A stretch of DNA of 64,000 nt from Octopus sinensis (GCF_006345805.1 NC_043024.1:3782001-3846000); one strand, 5' to 3'; shown: positions 50,684 to 64,000, numbered from the stretch's first letter. Translations and numbers: made by a program. Notes: generated from the letters alone by a model not told the origin.

Positions 50684-53600
50684 TCACTCTATGTAAAACC
50701 AGTTCGTCTAGAGCCCATCCATGGATTTACAGTACAGAATGTATGTATGTATACATACATTCATACATACATACATATATCTTTAAAGTTATGCCACCCA
50801 ATGTTTCACCAAAACTACTCCATTTTATACACACACACACACGCCTATATATATATATATATATATATAGGCGCAGGAGTGGCTGTGTGGTAAGTAGTTT
50901 GCTTACCAACCACATGGTTTCAGATTCAGTCCCACTGCATGGCACCTTAGGCAAGTGTCTTCTACTATAGCTTCAGAGTGACCAAAGCCTTGTGAGTGGA
51001 TTTGGTAGACAGAAACTGAAAGAAGCCATTGTATATATATATATATATGTGTGTTTATGCTTCTATGCTGGTGTGTTTACGTCCCTGTTGGCAAAAGAGA
51101 CCGATAGAATAAGTACTAGGCTTACAAAGAATAAGTCCTGGGGTCGATTTGCTCGACCCCAGGACTGAAACAAGTAAAAGAGTAAAGAAGATATATATAT
51201 ATAGTTCAAATGTAGAAATATAAAAAGCAAAAGACGAAGACAGGTGAGGGAACAACAAATAGGTGTATTAGTTTCATGCTTGGCAAGAATGAAAAAGTCT
51301 TTGATGTTTCGAGCCTATGCTCTCTGATAAAAAGGGTTGAGGGGGAAAAAATGAAGAGAAAACGGAGAGTGAAAAAAAAATGCGTAGAGATTAACGGTTC
51401 AACATGATGAATATGTATACACATACACTTATACACAAATATATACTCACATGAATTTATATATTTACATGAACACATATACTCACCCGGTCACCCCACC
51501 TCCCCAACATACTCTATTGACCAAAAGAAATTCTTAACCCACTTTGGTGTGATTGCTATTCTGACATTCCTGTGTCTAATCATTTCCCTTTGGTTTCGTC
51601 TTAAAGTGCAAAAGTCCTTGTTTCTCCACAAAAAAGTTAGGAACACCACAAGGACAGGATGTAAGTAGGTCGTGGTAGTAGTAGTGGTGTTGGTGGTGGT
51701 AGTAGTAGTAAACAAACGTTTCTTTGAGAAAATCGTAGTTACGCTCCCACCGCCATCTCTGCGACAATGATTTGAAAGAGATTTTGGCTGCTGTTTATCA
51801 CAGGTCGGGCGGCCTGTTTGGCATTCCCCTCCCTTCATCGACATGTTACCCCCAAGCCAACAGAACGAGGATGAAAATCATTCCAGCCATGACCATCCTG
51901 CAACGAAGCAATGATCACGTTATTCACTGTTTCTCTCCTTTTCTCTTTTTCTCCCCTTCTCACTTTCTCTCTTCCGCTTTCTGTCCATCTTTCTTTCTTT
52001 TCCTCTTTCTCCTTCTTTCTTTTCCCCACTTTCTCTTTTCTTTCTTTCCCTCTATCTCCTCTCTCCCTGTAGATAACTGTAATCAGCCTGACACAGATGG
52101 GGGAGGCTCCCTGTTTCACCCCCTCAACCTCCTTAGTCACTGAGGACCGCCACCAAAATAAGTATCAAGTACATCCGAAGTACTTGTTGGCGTGGCTGTG
52201 TGGTAAGAAGCTTGCTCCCCAACCACATGGTTCCGGGTTCAGTCCCACTGCATGGCACCTTGGACAAGTGTCTTCTACCATAGCCTCGGGCTGACCAAAG
52301 CCTTGTGAGTGGATTTGGTAGACAGAAATTGAAAGAAGCCCGTGCTGGTGCCACGTAAAAAGCATTCATTCTAAAGTGGTTGGCATTTGGAAGGGCATCC
52401 AGCTCTACGAAATTAATACTTCTTAATTTGTTTTAAAACCTGGTACTTATTCTACCGGTTCTTTTGTCAAACCGCTAAGCTATAGGGACACAAACACACC
52501 AACATCGGTCATCAAGCGACGGCACACACACACAACGAACTTGTGCTACTACCACGTTAGAAGCACTGAGTCCTCTCTGTCACCGTAAAAAATCCCTGCC
52601 AAAACAGACACAGTAGCCTAGGGTAGTTTTTCTACGTGGCCGGCTCCTGTCAGCCGTCCTACCCATGCATGCATAGAAGATGGACGTTAAACGATGATGA
52701 TGTATATACGTATGTGTGTGTGTGTGTTTGTGTCTGTATTTGCCCCTCCCCACCCGCTTGACAGCTGGTGTTCGCAAAGAGACTGATAGAATGGGCGAGG
52801 TGGCAGAATCGTTAGCGCGCCGGGCGAAATGCTTAGCAGTATTTCGTCTGTCTTTACGTTCTGAGTTCAAATTCCGCCGAGGTCGACTTTGCCTTTCATC
52901 CTTTCGGGGTCGATAAATTAAGTATCAGTTACGCACTGGGGTCGATGTAATTGACTTAATCCCTTTGTCTGTCCTTGTTTTCCCCCTCTATTTGTAGCTC
53001 CTTGTGGGTAGTAAAGAATAAGAATGTCTTGAAAAGAAAATAAGTCCTGGGGTCGATTCATTTGACTAAAATATTCAAGGCGGTGCTCCAGCATGGCCAC
53101 AATCTAATGACTGAAACGAGTAAAAAAAAAGGTAAAAAGTTTAAGATGAACGGAATTGCAATAGAAAAAAGATAAATAATTCCAAATACTTTTTAAGATG
53201 TGGCAGTATATGATTCGTGTTAGATTTAACTATTGTTTCTAGCAAACTGTCTGATCTCATGTTTATTCCTGTCATTGGTTGGGAAGATTAGGAAATAACA
53301 GATCTGAAATAAACGGAATTCCTTTTGGTTGTAATCATTTAATCACCGATGCTTTATCTCTTCTGACATACCTAGAATTTGATACGTACAATCCTTTGCA
53401 GAAAAGATTTATGCTGCGGAAGTTTTTTATGTGATTGTGTGCACGTAAAATGTGTGTTACACGATGTATACATGCATGTATTACTGTATTTATGTGTTTC
53501 TGTATATATGCATTGTATTCATGAATGCTTGTATGCATTTTATATTGTGTATGTATGTATTATATAGGTGCAGTCGTGGCTGTGTGGTAAGAAGCTTGCT

Positions 53601-54190
53601 TCCCAACCACATGGTTCCGGGTTCAGTCTCACTGCGTGACACGCTGGGCAAGTATCTTCTATTATAGCCTCGAACCGACCGAAGCCTTGTGAGTGGATTT
53701 AGTAGATGGAAACTGAAAGAAGCCCATCGTAAATAAATATGAGTGTGTCTGTGTTTGTTCGTCCACATCACCGCTTCACAACGGTGTTGGCGTGTTTACG
53801 TCCCCGTAACTTAGCGGAATAAGTACTAGGCTTAAAAAATAAGTCCTGGAGTTGATTTGTTCGACTAAAATCCTTGAAGGCGGTGCTCCAGCCTGGCCGC
53901 AGCCAAATGACCGACACAAGTAAACGAATATGTATCGTTTTTATTCAGTATAATCCTTCCTAAAAGAAGCAGAAACCCCATCGTTGCCATTTTGCTAATG
54001 ACAAATGATGTATGTTATATTTTGAACTTTAGAAATGTTTTGCCTATTTTTATTGTTCCATTTACAGACTGTGTCTGTAAAATGTGTGTTACTTAATTAC
54101 TTTCTATGCCTTGAAAACCTCAGCTTTTCCAGATTGTCATTAAAACATTTACTAAGTCAACCCCTTACTAAGATAATCTCTCACTAACAT

Positions 54191-54597
54191 TGTGGGGTAT
54201 GCGGGAGATTTAAAGTAAGACACCTACCTTCTCTTCGTCGACGCAGACCTCCCCGGTGGTAACGCACCCTTCCACGTGGCCCGACCCGAACGCTAAAAAC
54301 AGTAGCTGCTTTCCCCCACCTTGTCGAAGTGCTCACACGTCTAGCACTGTCGGCTACCCCGATCGAAAAGTCCCAATTGTCCCCTGGCTGCGCGCATGTC
54401 GCTCTCGCGCCCTTCCTCTTCCGGTCAGCTGCCAAGTTCCGGTCAGCTCCCCAGCTGCTGGCGTCATCCCAAAACATAACCAAGTCGTACCATGCCCGTG
54501 GCTCAAGGGGTGTACCGGATGGCACTGCTCCGTCTCTATTCAATGGTGCACCCTCAGAATGAGAAAACACAGCTTACAAAAATCTTCCCGCAATACA
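54191..54597. mobile_element. GC/CpG-rich 407-bp insertion, putative solo LTR
   Basis: TGT...ACA termini with imperfect terminal inverted repeats (tatgcgggagattt / aaatcttcccgcaata); composition is sharply different from the flanks. No clear target-site duplication. Confidence 0.45.
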
Positions 54598-55231
54598 AAT
54601 TAGTACCCATCCAGAATATCCAATTAATTACTGATATAAATGTCAGGGTAGAGAAGGTGTCGTTTTGAAGCTGTTGTCGGTAAATATTCTCTTTCTCTCT
54701 GATTTTCGAAGAGATGGTCACATCTGGAGGACAACTAACTTCTTTGTGTTTATGGGTTTTTTGCCCCTAATCTATCTCCATGACTCTATCAGGCCCGTTG
54801 TTTACAAATAGCAGACGTTCTGATGGGAATAGTCCACCGAGGTTCCTAGTATTGACACTATGTACTCAATAACACAAATATTCCTGATATCTTTTATCTT
54901 TTGCTTGTTTCAGTCATCAGATAGCGGCCATGCTGGGGCAGTGCCTCGAAGAAATTTTAATCGAATGAATCGGCCCTAGTACTTATTTTTTTAAAAGTCT
55001 GGCACTTATTCTACTGGTTCTTTTGTCAAACCGCTAAGTTATGGGGACACAAACACACCAATACCGGTCATCAAGCGATGGCACACACACACACACACAC
55101 TCACACATACACACACACACACATACACACACGCACGCACACACACACATACACACACCACACACACACACACACACACACCACACACTCACACATACAC
55201 ACACACACACATACACACACGCACGCACACA

Positions 55232-55274
<43 letters not shown>

Positions 55275-56835
55275 AACGAATATCTTTTAGTTTCCGTTCG
55301 CCAAATCCACTTACAAAGATTTGGTCGGCCCGAGGTTGTAATAGAAGCTACTTCCACCAGGTGTCATGCAGTGGGACTGAACCGGTAACCATGTGGCTAG
55401 GATGTTCTCTATGTTTATCCCGTGCAGTCTTCTCTTTATCACATGATGTATCATTCACTATCCTCAAGATATTTAAACACAACCTTTTTTGGGAAGCGAA
55501 GTGTTTCTCTTCCAGATTTTTTTTAGGTGTGCTTTACTTGCAGTTCTGAGGTACCATGAAAGGTCATCAGAAAGGACCTCCTGATTCCTCTCAGTTGCCA
55601 CCCAGCTTAACATCACCACCTGGTCCTTGGGTACCTTCTGTGGAATCCACACTGAGAATTATTCAGGTTAGGTACCCAGTCTGGGGGTAACTTCTTTCTT
55701 CTTCTAATCACGATAGAAATGATAGGAGTCATGAACGTAGTTGCTCCTTCTCTGGCAAAGTGATAAAAAGAAAAAGTGTTTGCTTTGTTAACCAATATCT
55801 TTCTCTATCGGAAACGTCCAAGCTTTTAGAATTACAGTTTAAAACGGGACTTCTCATTTGGTGAGCTGCAAAGATTATCTGGATGCGCAATGAGGAAGCC
55901 AGAGTAATACTTTTATCTGTTTTAAAAATGTTGAACATACGGGGATGTGTTACTCAGGTCCTTACCTTGTTGGAGTTTACGTGTGGTAAAATTAAATTGG
56001 CTAATAATCGATATATTGTATTTATTATGTCATCAATAAATATTCTTTTACCTACACCTTCATTGGACATACAGCCCAGACATATATATATTTTTTACAT
56101 AATTTTCCCCAAATTCCCAATCTTCAGGTTTAAATCTTCCGTCATTCATTGTCAAAGCGGAAAACCCATGTATCACTTAATATAAACCTAGTTCCTATAA
56201 CTATCTTCTATGAGTAAGCTATGTTGATGTCATATTTACGATTCATGGAAATAGTAACAGGAGTGGTGTATTCGCAGGGCAAGAAGCTGTAATTAATATT
56301 CTCTTATAATACGTCACGTATCAGAAGGAAGATGGATAGAGTCATAAAAGGATCAAAACAAGAATTTCCACAGGAAATAAGGAAGTTAGACTAGAATGAA
56401 TTTCAAATTTCTAATGAATTACTCTGACTTAAGGTCACGAACGTAAATTACATATACTTTTTAACCTTATTGACTTCAACTGTATAACCTCTCACATTAA
56501 TTTCATTTCCGTTGCTACGACATTTTACACACGTAAGGTGACGCGCTGGCGGAATTGTCACAGCACGTCGAACAGCTCTTTATGTCCCGGGTTCAAAAAC
56601 CACCGAGGTCAACTTTGCCTTTCATTCCTTCGATAAAGTAAAGCGCCAATCAATAGCTGGAGTCAGTGTAATCGATGTGTACCTATAATAGAAATTTATT
56701 ATTATTATTATTATTATTGCCTTTCATCCTTTCGGGGTCGATAAATTAAGTACTAGTTACACACTGGGGTCGATGTAATCGACTTAATCCGTTTGTCCCC
56801 TCTGTGGTTAGCCTCTTGTGGGTAGTAAAGAAATA

Positions 56836-56898
<63 letters not shown>

Positions 56899-57553
56899 GG
56901 CGACCAGCTGGCAGAATCATTAGCACGCAGGGCAAGATGCTTAGCGGCATTTCTTCCGTCTGCATGTTCTGAGTTCAAATCCCGCCGAGGTAGACTTTGC
57001 CTTTCATCCTTTTGATATCGACAGGGCCGTCGCTAAGCCCCTGCAACCCTTGCGGTCGCAGGAGACCTCCGCGGTTGAGGGGCCCCATGTTAAGATCAAA
57101 CTACATAGATGAGCCATGTATTTACTTTGGTTAAGATGTTAACTAAAAATTTCAAGCCAGACGAAGAAAAAGATACGAGGGTGTAACGGAAATAAGTTTA
57201 AAGAAACGAAAAAAGTAAATGAAAAAAACAACTTTTCAACGAATTCCCAAGGGAGATAAAAGAAAAGCGAAAGAAATGCAAAGCAATGGAAATAATAACA
57301 ACTTCAAGAGAAAAGACGAGAAAAAGAAACAATGGTGACGAAAGGTGGGGAATGTATACTTATACATACAGACATACACACACAGGCATGCGTGCGCACA
57401 TTCATACATACATATACGCACACATATATATACAACCGGGGTTTTTATCTGTTTCCGTCCATCAAATCCATTCACAAGGCTTTAGCTAGCTCAGAGAGAG
57501 AGAGGTGTACCAAACACACGCACGTCTCTTAGTCTCTCCCTCTTTTACCCTTC

Positions 57554-57591
<38 letters not shown>

Positions 57592-57693
57592 CTGCCTCTC
57601 CCTCTCTCTCTCTCCATATATATACAATAAAAGAATGAAAGAGGCCTCGATATTATGTAAAGGAATTGATCTGTGACAATTATTCGGTAGCCA

Positions 57694-57756
57694 TGATAAA
57701 ACTCCGAGTTTCGGATGTCGTGGCGGAAACACACGCCGGCATCTCTTCAGTTATCA
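57694..57756 (-). ncRNA. Hammerhead ribozyme motif with intact core
   Basis: UGAUAA-CUGAAGA-GAUG..GGCG UGUGUUUC CGCC..CAUCC-GAA-ACU CGG AGU-U-UUAUCA; GUU triplet. Same family as 32762-32824. Confidence 0.65.
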
Positions 57757-58120
57757 GGCCATCAAAAAATGCTATGAAAATGACCGTTAAAACAAAGGGA
57801 AATTACTGTGTGATTGACCGTTATTAAGACAGAAGAGCTATTTGAATAACCGCTAAGTAAGAGGAGGGAGTAAGAATGTCCATTTTTTCTATATTTTGCC
57901 TTTAGCCCTGTTTTTTCTTGTGCATGTGCATATATAGACGTGTGTATGAACCTTTTTTTTGTGCGCGTATATAGACGGCGGGGAGATAGATAGATAGATT
58001 TGCTGCAACAATACAAGTTCAAACGGTCAATTTTGTCTTTTCTAAACACCATTGGGGATCAAATTGCGAAAAGATAAATATGTGTTTTTCATAGTATGTT
58101 TTAAAAACTGTCGCATAAGG

Positions 58121-58300
58121 CAGTGCTCCGAAAACCGGCATACCGCAACATACTGGTGTGCCACGAGACGATGCTAAGTGTGCCGCAGTGTAACCTGAAT
58201 ATAATTTTTTTCCCCTATACTTTTAATTATATTTTTAGTTCAGGTGTGCCGCCGAATTTTGAAAAGAATACTGCAAGTGAAAAGAGGTTGTGGAGCATTC
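58121..58300. mobile_element. hAT-like MITE
   Basis: Degenerate TIRs cagtgctccgaaaacc / ggttgtggagcattc, subterminal gtgtgccgc repeats, 8-bp flanks gcataagg / gcacaagc (6/8 identical). Confidence 0.55.
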
Positions 58301-58531
58301 GCACAAGCATCGCATAAATGTTATTTTTGGAAGAATAATTCTTCTGTCACTCCAACTTCTCTATCTATCTATCCTCTTATGTCGTCTTCTAAGAGAAGCT
58401 TGAACTTATATTTGTGGTAATACAATTTTTGAATTCCTCGAGTTAAGTTCTGTTACCGACATATTCATAAATACTTCAAAGTATAATATAAAAGATTCTG
58501 TTTTATTAAAAAAATTTTTTTAGTAGTTTAT

Positions 58532-58693
58532 AGGCGTAGGAGTGGCTGTGTGGTAAGTAGCTTGCTTACGAACCACATGGTTCCGGGTTCAGTCCCACTG
58601 CGTGGCACCTCGGGCTAGTGTCTTCTACTATAGCCTCGGGCCAACCAAAGCTTTTTGAGTGGATTTGGTAGACGGAAACTGAAAGAAGCCCGT

Positions 58694-58731
<38 letters not shown>

Positions 58732-58948
58732 TTTGTGTGTCTGTGTTTGTCCCCCACCATCATTGCTTGACAACTAATGCTGGTGTGTTTACGTCCCCGT
58801 AACTTAGCAGTTCGGCAAAAGAGACCAATAAAATAAGTACTAGGCTTACAAAGAATAAGTCCTGGGGTCGATTTGCTCGACTAAAGGCGGTGCTCCAGCA
58901 TGGCCCCAGTCAAATGACTGAAACAAGTAAAAGATAAAAGTAAAAGAT
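58532..58948 (+). mobile_element. SINE family A, well-preserved copy
   Basis: Complete head-body-tail, CpGs retained. Confidence 0.85.
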
Positions 58949-59003
58949 TCTATAAAAACCTTTGTTTATATTTTGAGACTATGTCCTCTGATGTATTACT
59001 ATG

Positions 59004-59258
59004 ACAATTACGAACGACAGGGATCGTCAGTTCGAATCCAGTCTTTTTGCTGATCTAACTTGCTAAGTACACAAGTTCGTACTGCAGCTTGCCATCTCAG
59101 GTCTAAGGGAATGGTAGAACGATTTTATCGACAGCTTAAAGAAGTTTTACTAGCACGTTACGATTCGGATAAGATGGTTAGAAACCCTGTCGATTGTGTT
59201 ACTAGGTTTACCTACCGCTGTTAAGGAAGACCTAGGTTACTTCCCAGCAGAGTATGGT
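59004..59258 (+). mobile_element. Gypsy-type LTR retrotransposon integrase core relic
   Basis: Frameshifted pieces TITNDRDRQFESSLF, HLRSKGMVERFYRQLK and WLETLSIVLLGLPTAVKEDLGYFPAEYG match the ITTDRG.QF / HPQSNGMVERFHRQLK / W...LP.VLLG.RTA.KEDL motifs. Confidence 0.8.
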
Positions 59259-59267
59259 TTGGCGGTG

Positions 59268-59920
59268 ACCGGTAAGCGAAAAAAATTTTCCCACGAGAGT
59301 TCCGGTTCCCAGTTATGAACTCATTTGCATCAGCCAATCAGAGCTCACCTATCAAACCAGTGTCCACCTCGTCACGGAAACACTCTGGTTGAGTTATAGC
59401 AAAATCTAACTGGTATAAATGGGTTGATAGGGATGAGAAATGTGTAATTAGTGTATAAAGAGAATGGAAAGTTGCTCACCGATGATGTCATAAGTGTTGC
59501 CAATTTGCGTAATTTACTAGAAAATGTAAATGAGTGTAGTTTCCTAATTTTTTAACTGATTTTGTACATTACTAATTTAAAATGTTGGTGTTGATCCGGA
59601 AACATCGCAATCAATATGGCGCTGTGTAGTATTGCACCCTCCTTGCATATATTAATGGGTACAAGCTGTATCACTAATCTCAGTCTGAGCATAGGGACCT
59701 AATGTTAACTCCATATAGAGATGCTGCTCGGGGAATGTGGTGCTTATGTGAGACCTGCTATGCTGCACTCACAGAGTGACATACACCATTCCAAGCCTGA
59801 CTGGCTGTACTCTAGTAGTATACAGTATGTGGATTATCAAGGCGAGCTCTGATTGACTGTATGCAAATGAGTTCATTACTGGGGTCCGGAACTCTCGTGC
59901 GAAAAAATTTCGCGACCGGT
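59268..59920. mobile_element. Non-autonomous DNA element with ~83-bp imperfect TIRs
   Basis: 59268-59350 (accggt...cacgagagttccgg...atgaactcatttgcat...caatcagagctc) is the reverse complement of 59840-59920. Confidence 0.7.
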
Positions 59921-60891
59921 AATAAAGTTACAGGAAAAAACGTCACAGTAATAAAGTCACAATTAATATATGGGATCCGGACAAACCCCCTCCTAGGACA
60001 AAACCCCATGTGACTTTTTTTTTCCTGTGACTTTTAAAAAAAAATCTAGATTCGGTTTGGCACTTGAACTGTTTGGTCAAATAAAATTGGCTGTATTCAT
60101 TGGTTACGGAATTACATGGTGGAGTTACCAACGTTAATAGCGAGACCGCAGTCGATTAACTTTCGTTCAACCCATTATCATACCTGGACTCACGTATTTG
60201 TAAGCACATTCGCAGGCAATTTATATATTATCCCGTATATTTTCGTTCAAAGATGTCTAGTAAATATATATTTGAACGAAAATGTACGTTCACTTTACTC
60301 TAAGGATATCTGTCACTTATTTCTAACGCGAAACATTTCGTTCATGATGTTATTCCCGTTTTCTATCATTAACTATCAGTAACTTCATAATAAACCATAA
60401 CTGATCCAAAATAATTTGTGTACTTATTCTTCCTTATATACAGATTCAAAATAAATTATAAAAAATTAATTTTTTTGCATGGAAATTGAAAGAAAAAAAT
60501 GTGTATGTTAGGTTAAAAGCGAAACCAAAATATGTGGCTTTGAACACTCAGGGGAGACAGGAAACTATCAATGTCGGTCGATTCAATCAGGCTTTCGTCG
60601 AGTCTCTTCCTCCACCATAACACTCCTCTTCTTTTTCTTCCACATCCAAACAATGCGTACGTAAACATAACACATTGTTCAACAAGGCGTTTCTTACCAA
60701 CGGGAACCAAAAGTGGAAGAAGAGTACATTGGCCGCTTAGGTACACTGGCACATATTTTCATTGAAAAAAAAAGTTTTCTTTTTATAGTTTCTAAGAAAT
60801 AAGAAATAGAAATGCAGAACTTTGCATTTTCTAAGAACTTTTTACTGTGGCATGGACGTTTTGTTTTTCAACAATTCTTCTTCTTCTTCTG

Positions 60892-60904
60892 ATAGATAGG
60901 TAGG

Positions 60905-60990
<86 letters not shown>

Positions 60991-61092
60991 GTAGGTAGGT
61001 AGGTAGGAATGTAGGTAGGTAGATAGATAAATAGGTAGGTAAATAGATAGCTACATACATACATACATACATACATAGGTAGGTAGATAGAC
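60892..61092. repeat. Compound (GATA)n/(GGTA)n/(CATA)n microsatellite; a similar array lies at 62033-62190
   Basis: Direct reading of the sequence. Confidence 0.95.
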
Positions 61093-62869
61093 ATGTAACG
61101 GTAGAGGTTACCAGTTGTAAGCGATGAAAGATTTGTTTTTGTAGCGATGCCTGTTTTGGTGCAACATCGGGATCGCCAGTTTGGAGCAGTTAATTCTTGG
61201 GAAGGCTGCAATTCTTTTGTTCGGGGTCAGCAATTGTAACTGTTAAGTTTTTAGTTGAAGTCGAGGGTCACCAATTGTTACGGTTAGGTTTTAATTAGTG
61301 TAGTTACCAATTGTAACGGGTAAGATTGATTAGGTCAGCAGTTATAACGATAAAAAATTTGTTGTTATAATTGCATACTTTAGGATGTGAAAGATGAACA
61401 ATGCATAAAGTTTTAAGGAAATATTTATTTACCGTTACGTTACAATACCTTGCCTCGACGGGCAGGTTATGATAAATCCAAAAGCATACGAAGGAAAGTT
61501 TGTGTTTGTGTCCTCTTCATTGTTTAGTAGTAATTACAGAGAGAGATAGAATGATGTTGTAAGAGAACAGATTTAGAGCTAGTGAGAGTTGAAGGGTTGT
61601 AGGTGTTGTCTCACAGTTGCTGACAGTGAACTTCATCTCTCCCTCTGACCAAGGTTCTAGCTGGTCATCCAGACTTCGTTCTCGCTGAGTTGTCACCGAA
61701 TGATTAACTGGTTGAGTTATCACCAGGTGACTGAACTATCATTTTGCTTGGGGTTTATGCTTTTATAACTATCCAGAAGGATAGACATATCATTGAAAAC
61801 AACAGATTTAGTTGGTGGTCTTGTTATCTCAATTCTAGCTTTTGGTGAGGTTATAAGGGTCAAGTGGTGAAGACATTATGAAGACATTTCGGCCTAGCTA
61901 AAGACAATCTGGCAGATGTAAAACTGCTGTTAGAGAAAAGCCATTGTTCCACCGTGAGAAAAATTCTGTTGAACTGTTAATTTAAATTTGGCTATGGTAG
62001 ATTGAATCCACTTGATGCATGCAAGATCTACTACAGATAGATAGATAAATGGATAGATAGATAGATGGATAGATAGATAGGTAGGTAGGTAGGTAGGTAG
62101 GTAGGTAGGTAAGTAGGTGGGTAAGTAGGTAGGTAGGTAGGTAAGTAGGTAGGTAGGTAGGTAAGTAGGTAGGTGGGTAGATAGATAGACAGATTTCTTT
62201 ATTAGCCACACGGGGTTCGACACAGAGAGGACAATACAATGTAGAGTTTTTCTTTTCGAGGTGGGGCGAAAACAAATAAAAAAGGGACAACAAAATCGTT
62301 GGGGCGTATAAAAAATCGAAATGGTAGTATAAAAAACAGAGTTCCCAAAAGTGGGGAGGTGTAACCATGGAAAGAAAAACCTACGAAAAAACCACAGTAA
62401 CCTTGGGCAATAGCGTAATACGAAAACACATTAGAATAAGTTACTATCTTTTCCCTTTCTTTTCTGGTTCATAGGATTATGCTCAAGGTGGTTCCGTCAT
62501 TCATATGCGCCATCCTTGCTACATTCACCCAGATAGATAGGTAGGTAGGTAGAGAGATAGATGGATAAGTGAATAGATATGTTTCTTTATTAGCCACACA
62601 GAGCTGCACACAGACGGGACAGATTACAAAGTAGAGCTTTTCTTTTTTGGGGAAAAAAAGGTGGGGTAGGTTGTCGATCAAAAGGGGTCGTAAAAGGGAA
62701 AAAAGAAAAAAAGGAAAAGAAACAAAAGAAAAAAAAAGCGATCAATAGGGATCGTGTATCGCGGTGTCATGATGTAAAGTGTAAAGGAAAAAGCAGATAA
62801 GGTTTATCCGTAGGACGAAAAGCCTACGGAAAAGACCACGGTAACCTCGGTCAATATTGTTACATGTTA

Positions 62870-63980
62870 CCATTATATTACCGCCTATTACTTGTCAAGC
62901 TTCAAGCATATAGGTTCCATCCGGATATTGTACGATGGGTTGGTGCTTTCCTCTCAGATCGCTCCTTCCAAGTCCAAGTTAATGGTTCGCGGTCCGACGT
63001 CTCCAGTGCGAGCAGTGGCGTGCCTCAAGGTTCAGTACTTGGGCCCTTATTGTTCTTAGTCTTCATAAATGACTTGCTCAACGACCTCACGCAACACACC
63101 CTTCTATTTGCCGACGATGTCAAACTGGTCGCTCCTCGCGGTGATATAGAGGATCTTCGTCGATGCCTCCACCAAATTTGGAGGTGGTCTAACGAATGGG
63201 ACCTGTGTCTGAACGTGTCAAAGTGCTGTCATCTGCCTGTTGGCTCTCCTCCTGCAACTCAACTTGATTTCGAGCCGGGTCGTCTGCTGCTGGAGAGGAC
63301 CGATTAGGTAAAGGACCTGGGTATCTTGGTGGATTCCTCCTTTTCGCCTTCGGCCCAGTGCGTCCATGCTGCCAACAAAGCATGCGGAATTCTGTTCTTG
63401 ATTCGACGGTCATTCGGAATGCTCACAGCAGCCATTTTCCTACCGCTCTATGTCACGCTGGTGAGACCCTTATTGGAGTACGGGATTCAAGCCTCTTCTC
63501 CTTATCTCTTCAAAGACATACAGCATCTCGAAAGAGTCCAGAAGCTGTCTTGGTTTCAAGCATTTGTCTTATGAAGAAAGGCTGAAGACGCTCGACTTTT
63601 ATTCTCTAGAAAAACGCCGACGCCGTGGTGATCTCATTCTCGCTCACAACATCATAAGCGGAAAGTGTAACCTCTCGAAAGAGCTGTTCTTCACTCCTGC
63701 TCTAGAGCGTCGGCTGCGGGGTCATTCCGAAAAGCTCTATCTGCGACGATTTCATCTCAATCGAAGGAGAGGGGCTTTCTCCGTCCGGGTTGCGGATCCG
63801 TGGAACAAGCTGCCAGACGAGATGGTGAAGATGCCGACGACCGCTTTGTTCAAAGTCTCCCTTGACCTCAAGTGGCCTGAACTCTTTACATGAACACCAC
63901 CCTGTACATAACTCCATGTCCCCCTACATGGCCTTGCTTTTTGCTTTTTGAGCCAAAAATTAACTAACTAACTAACTAAA
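62870..63980 (+). mobile_element. 5'-truncated CR1/L2-group LINE (RT domain to 3' end), defective
   Basis: SGVPQGSVLGPLLFLVFINDL, LFADDVKL, VKDLGILVD, YVTLVRPLLEY, LSYEERLKTL..YSLEKRR.RGDLI. Premature TAG at 63305-63307, deletion/frameshift near 63545-63560, (TAAC)n tail at 63961-63977. Confidence 0.93.
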
Positions 63981-64000
63981 TTAAGGCAGCGAGCTGGCAG

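Noticed and set aside
51285-51335. Hammerhead-like remnants (GAGC ATAG GCTC GAAA on the - strand; similar at about 6210-6240 and 49100-49130)
   Set aside because: The CUGANGA core is destroyed; not called as ribozymes.
54184-54603. Three overlapping ORFs of 77-128 aa in the GC-rich island
   Set aside because: Expected from stop-codon scarcity at high GC; no recognisable domain.
55480-56180. Possible minus-strand exons of a second gene (IHGFSALTMNDGRFKPEDWEFGENY; WIPQKVPKDQVVMLSWVATERNQEVLSDDLSWYLRTA; donor-like site at 55966, acceptor-like site near 55756)
   Set aside because: Short frames, no recognised homology, and I could not join them into a consistent spliced ORF. BLASTx or RNA-seq would be needed.

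Overview
Repeat-dense, AT-rich eukaryotic (animal) DNA. The SINE and microsatellite landscape looks like a cephalopod, probably Octopus; this is inferred from recalled repeat types, not from a database search. The only host gene I can support is the 3' part of a cyclooxygenase (PTGS/COX)-like gene on the + strand. It has five coding exons (8614-8697, 20099-20345, 24424-24710, 28919-29063, 33977-34365) with canonical AG/GT sites. They splice into one open frame of 383 aa ending in TGA, with intron positions matching those I recall for vertebrate PTGS2. The 5' exons (EGF domain, membrane-binding domain, distal His) were not found and probably lie upstream of the window. The key observation is that this intact COX-like protein has Leu (TTA, 24564-24566) at the catalytic Tyr385 position. 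It has also lost Tyr504 and changed channel residues (V523Q, G533S), while keeping the proximal heme His388, Trp387 and Ser530. It is therefore a candidate COX pseudoenzyme, peroxidase-only enzyme or allosteric partner. The rest of the window is transposon debris: several tRNA-derived SINE families, Penelope-like fragments with four recognisable hammerhead-ribozyme motifs (one inside a near-perfect palindrome about 0.9 kb after the COX-like stop), two DD36E Tc1-like copies, mariner, RTE, CR1 and Gypsy relics, MITEs, fold-back palindromes and long microsatellites. Most ORFs in the supplied track are low-complexity artefacts. Family assignments and COX residue numbering (ovine PTGS1) come from manual comparison with remembered sequences.
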